This document shows positions 13,301 through 27,100 of a stretch of DNA of 64,000 nucleotides, one piece after another. The notes beneath the pieces are model-generated. The model did no database searches and was not told where the DNA came from. It saw only the letters and a program-made list of their open reading frames with translations. Within the stretch, counting starts at the first letter, position 1. Each line of letters begins with the position of its first letter. Source of the stretch: Balanoglossus misakiensis (Eukaryota > Animalia > Hemichordata); assembly GCA_040954595.2 (NCBI GenBank), contig CM082578.2, positions 9,781,519 through 9,845,518 of the forward strand, read 5' to 3'. Both the position numbers and the translations under genes were made by a program.

Positions 13301-16300
13301 ACAAAAAATCTAACGATGAATTTATCCGCATCTCAGTATTCCCAGTATTTACCAAGAAACCGCAGGACATCACTGTGAAGGCGGGCAGCACGGCCCGACT
13401 CGAGTGTGCGGCCAGCGGTCACCCCAAGCCGGAAATAGCCTGGATCAAGGATGGCGGTATCGACTTCCCGGCGGCCCGCGAGCGACGGATGAGGATGATG
13501 CCGTCCGACGACGTCTTCTTCATCACGGACGTGAAACCGGTGGATATGGGACTGTACACCTGCACAGCCCAGAATATCGCCGGCAATATCACCGCGAACG
13601 CCACCCTGACTGTGTTAGGTAGGTGGATGGCAGACTACAGTTTTGTAATCAGATTCTGTACTGTCGAGTAATTCTGTTGTACTTATTTTTGAAATATAAG
13701 TGATATAATTTCTGTAATTGTTAAATCAAAACATCACTTAAATATTTGTATGCATCCTTTCTGCAGAAACTCCGTCTTTCCAAGAAGCGATGAAGGACGT
13801 GCAGGTTGAAATGGGAGAGACAGGCGTGCTCAAGTGCCCCGCCAGCGGATTCCCCCGCCCCAAGATCACCTGGACGAAGGACGACGAGGAGCTGCTGATC
13901 ACGGAGCGCCACTTCTTCACCTCCGGCAACGAGCTGCTGGTCATCGTGGACACGGAGGACAACGACTCGGGCAAGTACACGTGCGAGATCTCCAACACCC
14001 TGGGCACGGAGCGCCAGTCGGCCACCATGAAGGTGGTGCCGGCCACCAGCGGCCGCAGCCGGGGCAAGAAGGGTCTGGACAGCGAGAGCACCACCACTGG
14101 CATCATCATCATCGCCGTCGTCTGCTGCGTGGTGGGCACCTCCCTGGTGTGGGTCATCATCATCTACCAGACGAGGAAACAGAGAGAGGAGTTTGGTGCG
14201 GCAAATACAGGTACAGAGTGTTTTGTTAAATAGGCTTTGCTGAATTTGGAAATATTGAGAAAACATTCTGTCGTAATTTGTGTTAAGTGTGTGTATTACC
14301 AGTCATAGTGCAAAAGAAAGTAGCACTCCACTGTGCCATTGATGATATCTAGTTTGCTCTGCTTAAACACTGTATAAATGATATGAAATGCACAGCCTGA
14401 AAAGACTAGCAAAAAGCAGAACCCCCCTCCCTTTTGAGATTTGTTTTGGTGATGGTCAGTGTTTGGTGTTCTCTGTTGCAGACGAAACAACTCTGCCCCC
14501 AGAACTGCCAAGTTCAACCTACAACACATCGTCACAGGGAACGTTGCACGCAGAGTCAAGTGTTCATTCTTCCCCGGCCATGATTCTGCCGCCAGGTATG
14601 ATATTGGTTTTTTGAACATGTTTGGATGAAGGGAAGAAGAGTGTATGCAATGGCCAATTTGGTTCACTCCCATGGACAGCGATAGTGCCATTTGTGTAGT
14701 GACTAGTATTGACAAAATTTGGTATTTCAAATAATAACATTCAACAGAGGATTTTTACAACCACTCTTTTTGATATAGCATTGCTTCCACAAGTCAATCA
14801 CAACAAACACTATCTCTTCTCCCATCAAAGGTCGCACGGACAACTTCAGCAGCGACAGTGAATCCGAATCTCTCCGGTACGGTGGAACCGTCGGAAATGT
14901 CAATCGTCTGCCGTCGCGAATCAGAACGGCGGCCATATTCCCGAGCGACATGGAACATGAGGCACAGATGGTGCCCCTGACGTCCGACGCCCAGGCGATA
15001 GCAGAAAATTCAGGTAATTGCGAGTTTTCTTCCTCAGTGAGGTTTTCTGTCGTTGTGTTTGTTTTGATCTCAAAGTTTCGAAACTTAGTAGGTAGAGTTA
15101 GAAAGACAAGGGGTGGAATTGATTCTGGAAAACTTTATGAATCATCAGTACCATTGTTAATGTTTGTTATCTGCTTCCCATTGTGTACTCAGGCAACAGC
15201 GTGATCACCATCCCGATGCCGTCGCCCCTCCAGCAGAGGAGAGCGCCCGGATCCCACCACTACACCGTCGGCCGGGGCAGTCTGCCGGCGTACTGTCACA
15301 ACATCTCCACATCTCAGCCGCATGTGGCATCCACGGCGACGACGGCCGCGCCCACCACGTCGCTGTACTCCACCATGCCGCCGCCCCAGAGCACCGTGCC
15401 CGCCTCGGAGCCCGGCCAGGAACCGGCCAGCTACCCCGGACACCAGTCCTTGGACAATGCGATTGTGACGCATCCCTATGCCAGGGGGGCAGGCAGGGAG
15501 GAGGAGGACGAGGAGAAGGAGGTGGAGGAGGCCCTCTCTCCGGAAATCCTGGAAAAAACAATTCGTGAACTCTTTCAACAGTCAGAGCCACCAGGTTGTG
15601 ACAGTGGCCTTGATCTCAGTACGGACATTTCAAAAGTTACGCCTAGTTATGCTTCGTTAAGGTTTCCAAAAGGTGGGTTTGTGTGCAAGTCAAACAGTTT
15701 CTAGTTGTACCCATCCACGCTTAGAGAAATGCGAACTATTATATATGTATATTATATATATATATTTATGTAAAGCTGCATTGAGAGGTCGACTCTCATG
15801 TGGTATAGACTCAGAGTGTGTGGGGAACGGTGCTCTACAGATTGTTTTATGCCAGTTCTTAATATTTAATAATTGTAAGATAATTTTAGCTCAACCTTTT
15901 ATGTCACACAAAATGGTGAAGTTCAGGGGAATATTCCACAACCTTGAAGTTTTTTTGCTGCTTATTTTTAATCACAGTACAGTGGGAATAGTCTTAGAGG
16001 ATTTTGGTGACATATTTTTTTCAAAACTTGGTGCTTTTCCCCCCCATCAACAGTGGTAGCTGAAGTTAATGGTGTAGTTTTCTTGTCATTAACTGCTTCC
16101 TTTATCATGCGCAGCATTGAAAACAAACAAATACTAAAACCGTTCTCTTTTCTCTGGTATCTTGTCATTTGCAGACTATCATACTGAAGAGCTATCAATG
16201 CCCATTGCTACCAGTGCATCACCTCACCTTGTTACCAGTACACCTCCAATCTCCCATCATGCACCGTCGCATACATATCATTTGCCTGTGGACAATGCTG

Positions 16301-16425
16301 ACTGTGTCGACAGTGTGCCGTCGCACAGAGTGCTGCCGCATAGAACAATTGACTCGTACTTAAGGGGTCAGAGGAGCCCCTCGCATGTGGACAGAATGCA
16401 TCAGGACTCCCCTAGCAGTGTGTAA
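4378..16425 (+). CDS. LRIG: LRIG-family protein (leucine-rich repeats, 3 Ig domains, TM, cytoplasmic tail); 5'-partial, 16 exons in window
   Basis: Exons with AG/GT ends and matching phases: 4378-4449, 5188-5262, 9757-9894, 10394-10537, 10850-11281, 11481-11633, 11821-11892, 12219-12382, 12577-12713, 12851-13034, 13337-13618, 13767-14210, 14482-14595, 14831-15013, 15193-15672, 16175-16425 (about 1107 aa). LRRs ([21 protein letters not shown]), LRRCT (CLCDCKLKW...CSHP), Ig domains with LRIG-typical [42 protein letters not shown], juxtamembrane YQTRK...NTDET. Signal peptide/LRRNT exon is absent. The last three exons are less certain. Confidence 0.93.
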
Positions 16426-17978
16426 ATAAATAATGTGCTTAAGAGATAGAGAGAAGTGCTTCTATGATTTTTATATATTGTATATTTCATGATGTATATG
16501 GGACGGAAGGAGAAAATTACAGAGAATTATGGATGGTGGCTTACAAGGAGAAGGAGACACACTGAGAAAGGAGTATATTTTTAGCTATCAGAACTAAATT
16601 CAGGAGACATTTTATATGAGGCATACAGTTGCAGAGACCATGACTGAGGGTAAAGTTGTGAAGTTGTCTACACCATATGAAACACCAAGACAAGCATCCT
16701 TGTGCCAAGCTTATCGTAGGAATTGCTGGTTTCCCGGTGCACGGCATTGACTTCGACGTACAATCACAGCGATCAACCATCATCGCCACGGAGCCACATC
16801 TTTTTGTTGTAGTTACACTTTCTGCAGTTTCTGACAATTTCGACGACTGCTGCTGAGAATTTCTTCAACAATCCACATTCCACTTGTGCTGTTCTCATCT
16901 CTCGGTTTACGCTGATTTTGTTCCGAGTAAGCCGTCAGACTCGTCGTGACAAAATTTGACTGGTTCAGCAGTAATTTACAAGTGTTGGGGGGGGGGGGGG
17001 GAGCGTGCAGGGCATTGTGAAACTGATGCGCGGATGACTGCGAAACTGAGCGTTATCAGTTACTAGCAATAATCAAAGTTTTCTCTAAGTTAGAGATGAT
17101 CTCTGTAAAGGCACTGGGAATTTGTAACAGAAATTGTCAGTCAGTTGATGCAGTGCACTCTTGCTTTGCCTTGTCATTACACTGAGCTTTATGCTTGGCA
17201 CGACTTCCATCGCGACATCTTAGTGTTTGCGCACGTTTTTCACCAACCTAGCCCTAGTTGTTAACGATGTAATAGTGCCAGAATGCAGGGTGCTCTGAAT
17301 TTACATTTGAGGGATTCTTGAACTTGAATAGCAAAGTTGGGGTTGATCTGACCCCTCGGATGATGTCGGACATGTGACAGTATCTGGCAGCGCATTTCTG
17401 ACATTGTCATGTGACCGCAGTAACTCAGAGCCATCATCCATGGTATTGGCAGATTTTTCTGCGAGCATGCAAAGAGATATTTTTCAATGTGATACGTAGA
17501 CTGTGTAAAAAATGCAAGATGCCAAGATTATGAATGCCGTTTGCCAAAAAAGTTGGAGACAGGGCCTAGTTGTCACACGCTTGAAAGACACTTAGTTGGA
17601 CCCAGTGTTGTTTACCTAACTCGCACCTGCCCGTTGAGAGGAATTTTGAACAAACGTTTTTGAGAAAATGCATTGCTCAAAGACTGGAACCACAGCAATA
17701 TTTCAGAGAGAGCTGATTGTGTAAAGTGGGGGGAATTCATGTGGAGAATAGGGGGGGGGGGGGAGGCATTACTGTTGAAAGGGGCACTGGCTCCAAGGGA
17801 TGAAAAAAACAACCAACAGATTTTGTTTTTGTCAGAACACGTGGCAATAAGACAATCGTTGAAAGCAGGCACAAGTTTGAAGAAGGGAAGAATTTTGCAT
17901 GTTTTTAACTAAATATCATGCCTTGCTAAAGAAAAAAAAATATGCTCACAGAGTTGCCTTTGGTGTGAACACATTTAG

Positions 17979-18055
17979 CCCTTTCTCCCCATTTCCCCGT
18001 GGAGAGGTCCCACATTAATCATTGAGAACGGTGGAGTTGGATCATACCATGGCAG
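17979..18055 (-). mobile_element. Degenerate inverted copy of the 85-bp MITE
   Basis: Reverse complement reads ccatggtatgatccaa...ggacctct...ggggagaaaggg, matching the family pattern. Confidence 0.5.
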
Positions 18056-18672
18056 GGCTTGGGGGAGGGGGGGGGGGTAAATAACAATCTGCCATCACGC
18101 ACGACAGACTGTGTGCATCAACTTCTGTTGCTTGTCAATCTAGGCTTTCATTCCAGTGTAAAGAGCTGTTTCGTAGAAGTGTACCTGGTTTTTAAAATCA
18201 GTTTCAGGCCAATTAGTACCACAGGCTGTGATGGAGAACTCACTCCCACAGTCCTTTGCCAATCAATATACCTCATTTACTTTGTACCAATGGCTGTCCC
18301 GAAGGATCATGGGAAGCTATGGTGTAGGCCGTCACTTGTTTTGCTGCCTTGCAATCAGTCTGCTCTGCTCCGAAAGTATACTTTACTCACTCTTTGTACT
18401 TAACTTTTAAAAGAAATACCAGAACCAAGACGTCTCTCAAGTTGCTTGAAGTAGAAATTATTTATTACAGAAGAAAAGTTGCAATAAATAAAGACAATTT
18501 GATTACGTGCAGAGTATGTATAGAACCATGTTTTAGAAATGCCAACTCGCTGGCTGTATTTTTAAAATAATGTAAAAAAAATAATAATAAAAAAATGACC
18601 ACTAGTTTCCCAAGTTACTGATTACAAATGGGAAGCCAGGGGTTTTATTTGTCGGCCATGTCTTGTTTTTAA

Positions 18673-18757
18673 CCCTTTCACCACAATGGTTCAGTCCAAC
18701 CCCATTGTTTTCTATGGTGAGGTTGGACCTCTATAGAAGGAACTGGGGGTGAAAGGG
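18673..18757. mobile_element. 85-bp MITE, piggyBac-like
   Basis: TTAA on both sides (18669-18672, 18758-18761) and perfect 10-bp terminal inverted repeats CCCTTTCACC/GGTGAAAGGG; related degenerate copies elsewhere in the window. Confidence 0.75.
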
Positions 18758-20088
18758 TTAAAGACAATTATGTGTTTGCAAGTACCTTGTATAGCATACA
18801 GAGAGGAAAACACGCCTTACAAACAGTACATGAAGTTAGTGGGGGGGGGGGGGGGGGGGGGGTTAAGGGAGAGGGGTGGTTAGGACTGTCACCTTATACC
18901 TCAATCTGTGAGAGACTATTTATTATACACATTTTATTTCTAATATGTGTGACATCTGTAAAAAGACATGAAATTTATTTGTACAGCATTTTAAAAGAAT
19001 ATTAAAAAATTCTTTTTGCCATAGACAACTTACTTCTGACGTTTTGTCAATGTCTGTGGTGTGCAGTTTTAGGATGTTTTTGTGTGTGTGACTGCAGTGG
19101 ATAAACCAGTCACCCAGAATGACAATGTTGATGTGTCCGAATGAGGCAACGTCAGTGGAAAAGTCTAAGGGATGAATTTGTCTGTGAATTCTGGCAGCCT
19201 TTGTAGTTGACATGTTCAATTCAATCAACTTTTTCACATTTATATTGTTTAAAAGTATCAGAATGATTGAATATCACTTAAGTTTATGAACTCCCATTTC
19301 TTAAACATGGCAAAAATCAGCCATCTTGAAATTGTCGACCATGTGAGACTTTTATCACTCACCTAGGTAGCAAAACCTTATTGAAGACAGCAACCCTCAG
19401 ACTGAACTGTTTCCTATGCACTGAAATTTGGATTAAGATATCACTGGTACAACTGCAAAGTAAATCCCCCCAAAAAACAGAAAACATGTTTAAAATACCA
19501 ATAAAATTATGAAACTTACTATAAAGCAGCGATCATGCAGTGTCCTGTTTGAAACAAAAACAGTGAGGGCATGTTCAATTTGTGTCTGGTTTGTTGTAGA
19601 TATGAATCACTCAAACAGAAGACAGAAACCCATATTCCCGACAGCATGATATTTTTAGTGCAGAATTCTTAGAAAATCTTCTGTTAAACCTTGGGGGTTT
19701 AGAAACCAGTGTCATCTGCCTGCGGGTCTTGCACTGGCCTGGGGCAGTTTGCGTGGCAGGAATCCATTTTCTTGTGAAATTCCCAGCTTAAACATTGCTC
19801 TATAATAGCAAAATGATAAAAGATGCATATATGACTTTTTGAATGTGTTGTTTATGACATCGCCGAGAGATGGACGGGAAAACATAAGGGTTTCATGCCC
19901 AGAGGCTCAGATCATTGGGGTACTTGGAAGAACTTCAAAGGTCATTTCTAATCATTACATTTGAAGGGGAAAAAATGGAAATAATCCGAAGTTACAAATA
20001 CTGGCCAATATTCAATTTTTCGGCAATTCCGATCGTTGTTCTCGGGCCAAAAACAGTGCACCCTAACCCACCCATTGTGTTACTGCTG

Positions 20089-20104
20089 TAGCGCCCTCTA
20101 GCGT
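20089..20104 (-). promoter_or_regulatory. CTCF-like motif
   Basis: Reverse complement acgctagagggcgcta is close to CCASYAGRKGGCRS. Confidence 0.4.
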
Positions 20105-20568
20105 GTTAAAAGCAAAACTTCTTTGTAACTTGTCAGAACTTTGTTCAGAGAAACGGGAAATACTACCATATTTTAATATGACAACAGAAGGTAGCCGTGA
20201 GAAAATTGTTAACTGCTGATTTCTGATAACGGTTTAATTTTCACTGTGTGATTTTTGTAAGTCACATGTATATAGTCTTCAGTAAAGTATTTTGTAACTT
20301 AGGCTTGGAGATTGGAAGTTACATTATATTTCCTGCACACTGCCCTCTGTGCAACACATGAATATTGTTCTCATAGAATTTCAGCAGGTTTAAAGTGGCA
20401 AAAACTTTCAATCAAGCGTCATTACCCCCCCCCCCTCCCCTAATAGTCCCTTTGAGGTGGGCAGCTGTCCTATGGCAAATTTCAGTTGTTTTAATTAGCA
20501 ACTTAGCCCTTTCTCCACCATGGTTTGGTCCAATTCTATCGTTTTCAGCTGAAACCTTCTTGTAGAAA

Positions 20569-20585
20569 GGCGCCACCTAGTGGCA
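20569..20585 (-). promoter_or_regulatory. CTCF consensus motif
   Basis: Reverse complement tgccactaggtggcgcc matches CCASYAGRKGGCRS fully. Confidence 0.55.
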
Positions 20586-21105
20586 ATTACGACTGTAAAG
20601 TCATGGTTTGGCAACATTCACGCTGAATTGCCCTTCTTATGCATTTGTCCTTAGATTGTTGGATGTATATTACAAGTAGAACTAAAGTTTGTACCTCAAA
20701 GGGTGACTGGTAAATATGCTACCAATGTTGAATTACACCATCCAGGAACTTGACATTTCATAGGAAAATATGAGATTCCCCAGAAATCACAACGGATAGA
20801 CAGTTATTTTTTAATAGTGACAATTAGCACACACAGAGAACAGATTTTTCAGACAACTACTTTATTTTTACTAGAAAAATACATTGTAGTTCACAATAAA
20901 TACCTAGAATATTTCCTTTTGTGAGTCGCTGGCATCTGAAATGCACATGGTAGGACAGCCTTTCATCCATGCCTCCCCCCCCCATTAATCAACAGCTCCC
21001 AACTCTAATGGTGGCTCGAAGAATTCACTCTCCCAACAGAAGAAGAGTGTTGTAGTCCGACAGCCTGTTTGAGGGTCAGTTGTCCTCTCGTCGATCGCCG
21101 ACACT

Positions 21106-24100
21106 TCACACTTGTTGCAGTGGCGTGATATTCAAGAGTGACAAGGCATTCTTCATGACTTGCTGAATGCACTTCAGGAAGGTCAGCCTTGCAAATATGG
21201 TGGGTAGCAGGTGGGGTCTGGCTTCCTGTATAAACCATGGAGATGACATGAAAGAAAAACAAAAGAAATGTTAACATAAGAGCAAATACCAAATGCAATG
21301 TCAGTGAATTTTTGGCGTGCCTTCAAGGAAAACTAAAAATGTTCACCAACCAACTACAAACTGACCACTGAGTTTTGTTGTTGTTTGTATTCTTGTTTGT
21401 TTGTTTGTTTTTTTGGGGGGGAAGGGGGACGTATCAGTGAGTTAGTGAGACTGCAGGTAAACTGCGTACCACATTTATATCTAACAGGCACTGGGCACAT
21501 ATTAAACCATCATAACAAGTAAATTCAGAAGTTGACCACACACACAAAAAAACCCAACAGAGTGATTTATTTGTTTTCAGATCCCATTTCATGTTTGATT
21601 TTGTTCCAAACAAGAAAGTATGGTATAATCAATATTGACCTGTCATCATTATTGGTAGGAATTCCATCTGTCAGAGTGAGAAGATAATAAAGCCCACTTC
21701 TCTGGTAATTGATTGATTGAAGTAGAATTGGCTCAAAGAATGCAGTTCTCACACCTGATGACTGATTTCATGATTTTTCGTTACTTTGACATAACAGTGT
21801 TTTGGTAGGAATTATGTATATTGAACCCTTTCACTGCCATGGTATGGTCCAAATCTATTGTTTTCTATGGTAAAGTTGGACCTCTTTTGAGGGAAATTGG
21901 GGGGGGGGGATGAAAGTGTTAATCCTCTGCTGTGATTTTCAGGCAAACACTGTTGAAACCTCATTGATCAGATAAACTGATATACTTTCACGACAGTTTG
22001 TTCTCAAACGTTGACAGGTTTCACCTTGGTGTTTTTAAAGTACGTCTGAACTCCTGAACTTGAGGTTGTCAAAAACAACTTGTCATATTAGCATAAATCA
22101 GGAGTTCCCCCCACTTTTTTTTTCTCGAAGTTGGTTAGATTTTTATTTAAACCATCACATTCCACAGTGTAAATACTATTTTCCGGAATTAAGTGAATGC
22201 TTGCTTGACGGTGGAGAAATTTTGTCCACAAATCTGAATGGCATGTTTGTTACTTTGCCCACAGACAAGGATAGTCTCATGAGAATCTGCAAGAAATCAA
22301 AACTTTCACATGCACGCACACACACACACACACACACATACAAAACTGCAACAGTACACACCTGTTACCTCTTTAAAAAGCCAAGCCACACATTCATTCT
22401 TTCATCCCTCCATTCATTGACCCCCTCATATTCCTCGCAATCTCTACAGATCGACATTCTGAGATCGGTATCACCTGGCATCAGCCCATATCAGTCACAT
22501 AACAGGCAACAATTGACCGTAAGCAAAGAGAAATGCCACTGCACTCTGCGTACACAAACACTGGGGCAAGATAATACCCCAGTGTGGGCTGCAGCCCTGG
22601 GCCACAAATTCCAGGCAAACCCACTTGAGTGAACAAAACAAACGGCTATGAAGCATTCGTCGGTTGATTATCGATAATTCACACAGACATCTGAAATCTG
22701 AATCGTTCAAAGATATGCTTGTTGGAGAGCGATATTTCAACCCGATAATGGTCAAGTGTTTGACTCCACATCTATGCCAGGTTGACGACCTTCTCAAAAC
22801 TCAACCTTTTCAAAAAAGTCAACCCTCTTTTTTAAAATTTTTGTTCCCTTTCGTTTCCTGATAGTAACCATGACAACCTACAGGCCACGAAGAATGCATT
22901 TGGCTGCAAATACAAGCCTTATTCTGACTGTGTGGAGAATGTGTGTATCAGAACAGGCCTAGAAGGAATCGACCAATCAGGAGCAAGAGAGTGTGTGTCA
23001 GTGACCTTGTGCAACATCCTACAAGGTCAGAAGCTGTTGAAGAAGCCAGCTTCTTGCTCAACTCGCATTTTGATTAATAAACAGATTTAGCATCAAGGAA
23101 GGAAGGAAAGTGTGACGTACGTGAAGAGATCACATTGTTCCATTTTTACTACGGGGCAATCACACTGCTTGTTTGTCGACACAGTGTAACTGGCAATTTC
23201 ATGCCTGACCATTTTGTTGTTCCTCTCTTCTTTCTTTGCTTTTTGATTTTGTTTTTTTTGGTAATACTTGGTTGAAAAGGGAAGTTCTTCAATGTTAACC
23301 CAAATCCAAATCAGGGTGATATCCACAGCCACCTTTTATGACAGGCTGAGTCTGCAAAACTGCAGTCTATTATACAAAAATTCTGTTCAACATCAAGTTT
23401 TATGAACGCACCATGTGAAAATCGATTTTTAAGTTGTTGTACCGAGGATATCAGAGATGTTGACAGTGACCATGAATGATACACTTCTTTCAACATTTAT
23501 AACGATCAGCTGATGAGCTCTGTACCTATCAGATATGGGCCAACCCTGCCAATCAAAAATAAGACACTCCCTTTTCTGGTGTTGCTCACTCTCAATCAAA
23601 TTGCTTTTTGATAAAACAGAAATTTTAAATTTGTCAAAAAACCACTGCAAATATTTGTTTAATCAATCTTCAAATGTAAGATAATTTCTCAAGATGAAAA
23701 CAGAAGAAAAATGGAGTAACCCTGACTTGGAAAGTTTTGTAATGACTTCCTGCGATAGTTTCCAAATTTAGAAGATTTTACTTCTGGTGTTGAGTAGCTG
23801 AGGTCCCCCCCCCCCACTCCCTCCTTGTATCGTAGGAAATCCCAATATCAATCTCCTTTGGGCATCTTGGTAACCACATCCTGGCTGCCGGGCTCTCAAG
23901 GGCAGATCCGGGGTTCACGTTTTTTATCTCTGGGAAGTATCGCATCCTATGTGTGTCCTAAAAAATCTGCATGAATGGGTCTGAGTGTAAAAACAAAACT
24001 GGCGGCATGACAAGTTATGCTCAGTTGGTTCATGGTTGTAACAGACAGTACAGATAGTAGGCACACTGCTGGGGAAAAAGTTCCTACTCTGCAGGCACAG

Positions 24101-27100
24101 TATATCGGCGCATGTATATGTATGAGGCAGCTGACCAGTTTGTACAGAGGTGAGAGGATTCATTGATTAATTTGGCATTTTTTTCCCTCAAGATATCACA
24201 TTAGTTGAGAAGCATTCGCAACAGTTGTGATAACTACAGATTGAAACACGCTGTTCTTTTTTATCTTCTCATGGCCTGACCCGAGGTCAAATGACCACAC
24301 TTGCGACAATGTTACGACTCTTGCATGGACCATCATGTCTCTGTTATATATGATTTCTCATTTCCTTTAATAGTAAAACTGCCACTAGTCGGTTTGATGG
24401 GCCTTTGTTCAAAAGTGTGCCATAAAAGTGAATGAAAAGTGAACGCATTTTTGCGGTTAGGGTGTTCTTTACCTCAAGGTCCAACTGTTCACCTCAGCAT
24501 GATACAGTGAACTATGGTCTAGATGAAACTAATAGGAGGACCCCCCCCCCCCCCATTTGTTCTTGGGAAGGTGGATTATATGTATGTTTTTTTCAGTTTT
24601 CTTGGTTATAATTTTTTTCCCATATGATTCCTAAATGTATCTACCTGTATTCTGGTTGATAGCGGTTCACCTTCGTAAACACTGAATCAAATTTGCCCAT
24701 TTCACCTTGACAAGCAGACAAAATAAATACATTGTACATGTACCATACAATTTTATTTTTTCGTTTGTTTAATTAAATGTCGGCAATTCAGTATAAAAAC
24801 ATTGACTGATCACTTTCGTACCATGTGAATATTTCATGCCTGTTTTGTTCAAAATTACAAACAGAAACTAGAGAAATTTAGAAAATATCTTGAAGGGAAA
24901 AGTAATCTTGGTAGGGGAAACGCTTGACTGAAAATTTCAAAGAAATTTGGCAGCTGCATACATAAAATAATGACTTAAAATTTGATTAATGGCATTTTGA
25001 TAGAAACCTCATGCATTTCGCAATACAACATGTGCTCTTTTGACAATCTGGGGAGTTAAATATCTTACATGTACTATCTTTTTTTTCTTCCTGGTGGTTT
25101 TACCTTGGAAATGTGGTTCTTATCACAGGATGTTACCAAGGTCACAAATTCATTCACAAAATTAAACACGAGACACTCATCCTGTCATAAATCTTTTTCT
25201 CTACATTTTCGTCTAGTTAGTCTTCCATGCCATGAATGCGGCAGAATATATCTGCATTGGTTGCACAGCAGTGTCAAAGTTTCCCCCGACAACCTCTTCT
25301 TTAAGACAAAAATTAACAAGACTGTAAAGCTTGAGTTTGTAACAGTGTTTAGTTCACACATAATGTGAAGAGTGAGCAAAAGTAAAAATTGGTATACTGT
25401 AGAATAGTTAATTTTCACTAGGATTTTATTCTTACTAATTTTGCTGGACTCGCTTATCTGCAGAAATAAATTCCCAGTGAGAATTCTTTTTCCCATTCTT
25501 TCCACGTACATAGGCAAGAAACAGTGGAAATACAATCTCAGCAATATTCACCATTTTTGCTTTCAGCGAAAATCAATTCCGGTGAAAAATAAAGTATTCC
25601 ACAGTAATATTGAAAGTTGAACTCACCGTGAGCACATGGACTCTTCCGTAATAAGCGCTGAAATCCCGGCTCAGATTGGTCAGAAAATGACAGATCTGTC
25701 AAGATAGAGCAGACATAAATGAGAACATTTTGTTTTTTGTCGTTATGTGTGTATATGTGCGTTTGTGTCACATGACGTGTGTATATCATTGGCTGTGCAG
25801 GCATGGCCCCTATGGCATGTACTGTTTGCATATCACGCACAATTTCCAAGTATTTCTTTCGGCACAATTAGTGCCACCGCGTGGCTACGACCCGTGCTCC
25901 TTCCCACAATGCACCGCTTCGCAGAGTAGACTCCATGGCGCTGCGAATTCTTCGCTTCAAACACGAACTCCCTGTACGCTACCAGTCTGTGACTTTGCAA
26001 GACGACTGAAAAACTCTGACGCCAAAATCCTGCTTTGCAATTTTTTTTTTTCCGCTATGAAAATTGAAGACTTTCACTTCAGATTAGTCTATCCGCGTGG
26101 TTCGTAGTGTCCTACATTCGGCGAACAGTGGCACACACACAAGTGTCAACAAGACGCCATCACCAATTCAATAGATAGTAAAAATCTTCAAGAGGACCCA
26201 GTTAAATACTTTAAGTATTACTCCGAGAATGTTTGGAATCCAAGTGTCAGTAAAAAAAGGTAAAACTAGGGCAGCGGTATATCAAAGGAAAGAGCATCTC
26301 GTAAGATGAACATAAACCTATTTTTATTAACACATAAATCTTGTTCTAAAGACACGCAATATACTTTTTTTGTAAAAGATGTTTTTGCTGGAATTATGTT
26401 TCTAGTACGATGACCGACAAATTACTCAATCTGCACAAAAACGCTAACGAGTTATGTTCTTTGTAGAGGGTGTTAATTAAAAAGTACTTCTTTTCGCGAC
26501 TGCAGACTAGCTTCCTTCCTCGAGGTGACCTTTTTTTAGACCAAATTTCGCATAAAACGGCGAGAATGAATTCAAAGGCAGCCTGCACCATGTGACCTGC
26601 CCCCAATCCTCTTTTCCCAGAGTTTAATTGACTGGGAGTGATGCTACAGTGTTCATCTTGTACTTTTACAACCACCCTGTCAACAACAACAGCAGCAGCT
26701 CCTTTTTTTACGTTGATTGACGTAAGAACTGGGGCAGGCGGATAAGTCGGCTCAAAACTCAACCCCGTTTCGGTCAGTTTTCAAGTTTCTGAAGCTCTGC
26801 TTACATGCGCAGGAAGTAATTTTCTCACAGAGTTGAAGACGTCCCCACACCACAGAGGACTTAAAGCATGTAAGTGTACGTTTGTTACAATTGGCAACTA
26901 GCTGTCATCCGAGCCGGACCCACACTGCGACATTTTCACGCCGGACTTGGTCCGATGTGTAATTTATCGAGAACCCTGGTGTTGTGCTCGGCGTGTGACA
27001 ACTTAGAGCTGGGCATCTGACACCACACAAACAATTGTGAAGTTCTCATTAATTTCACAGCCTTCCCCCCCCCCCCTCGACCCAGCCCCAATGTGGTTTA

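Noticed and set aside
14779-14830. Upstream acceptor (tgatatag) for LRIG exon 14
   Set aside because: Gives an in-frame TGA; the acceptor at 14830 keeps the frame.
10911-15591. Long antisense and alternate-frame ORFs over LRIG exons
   Set aside because: Shadow ORFs expected from GC3-rich coding sequence; no independent protein features.
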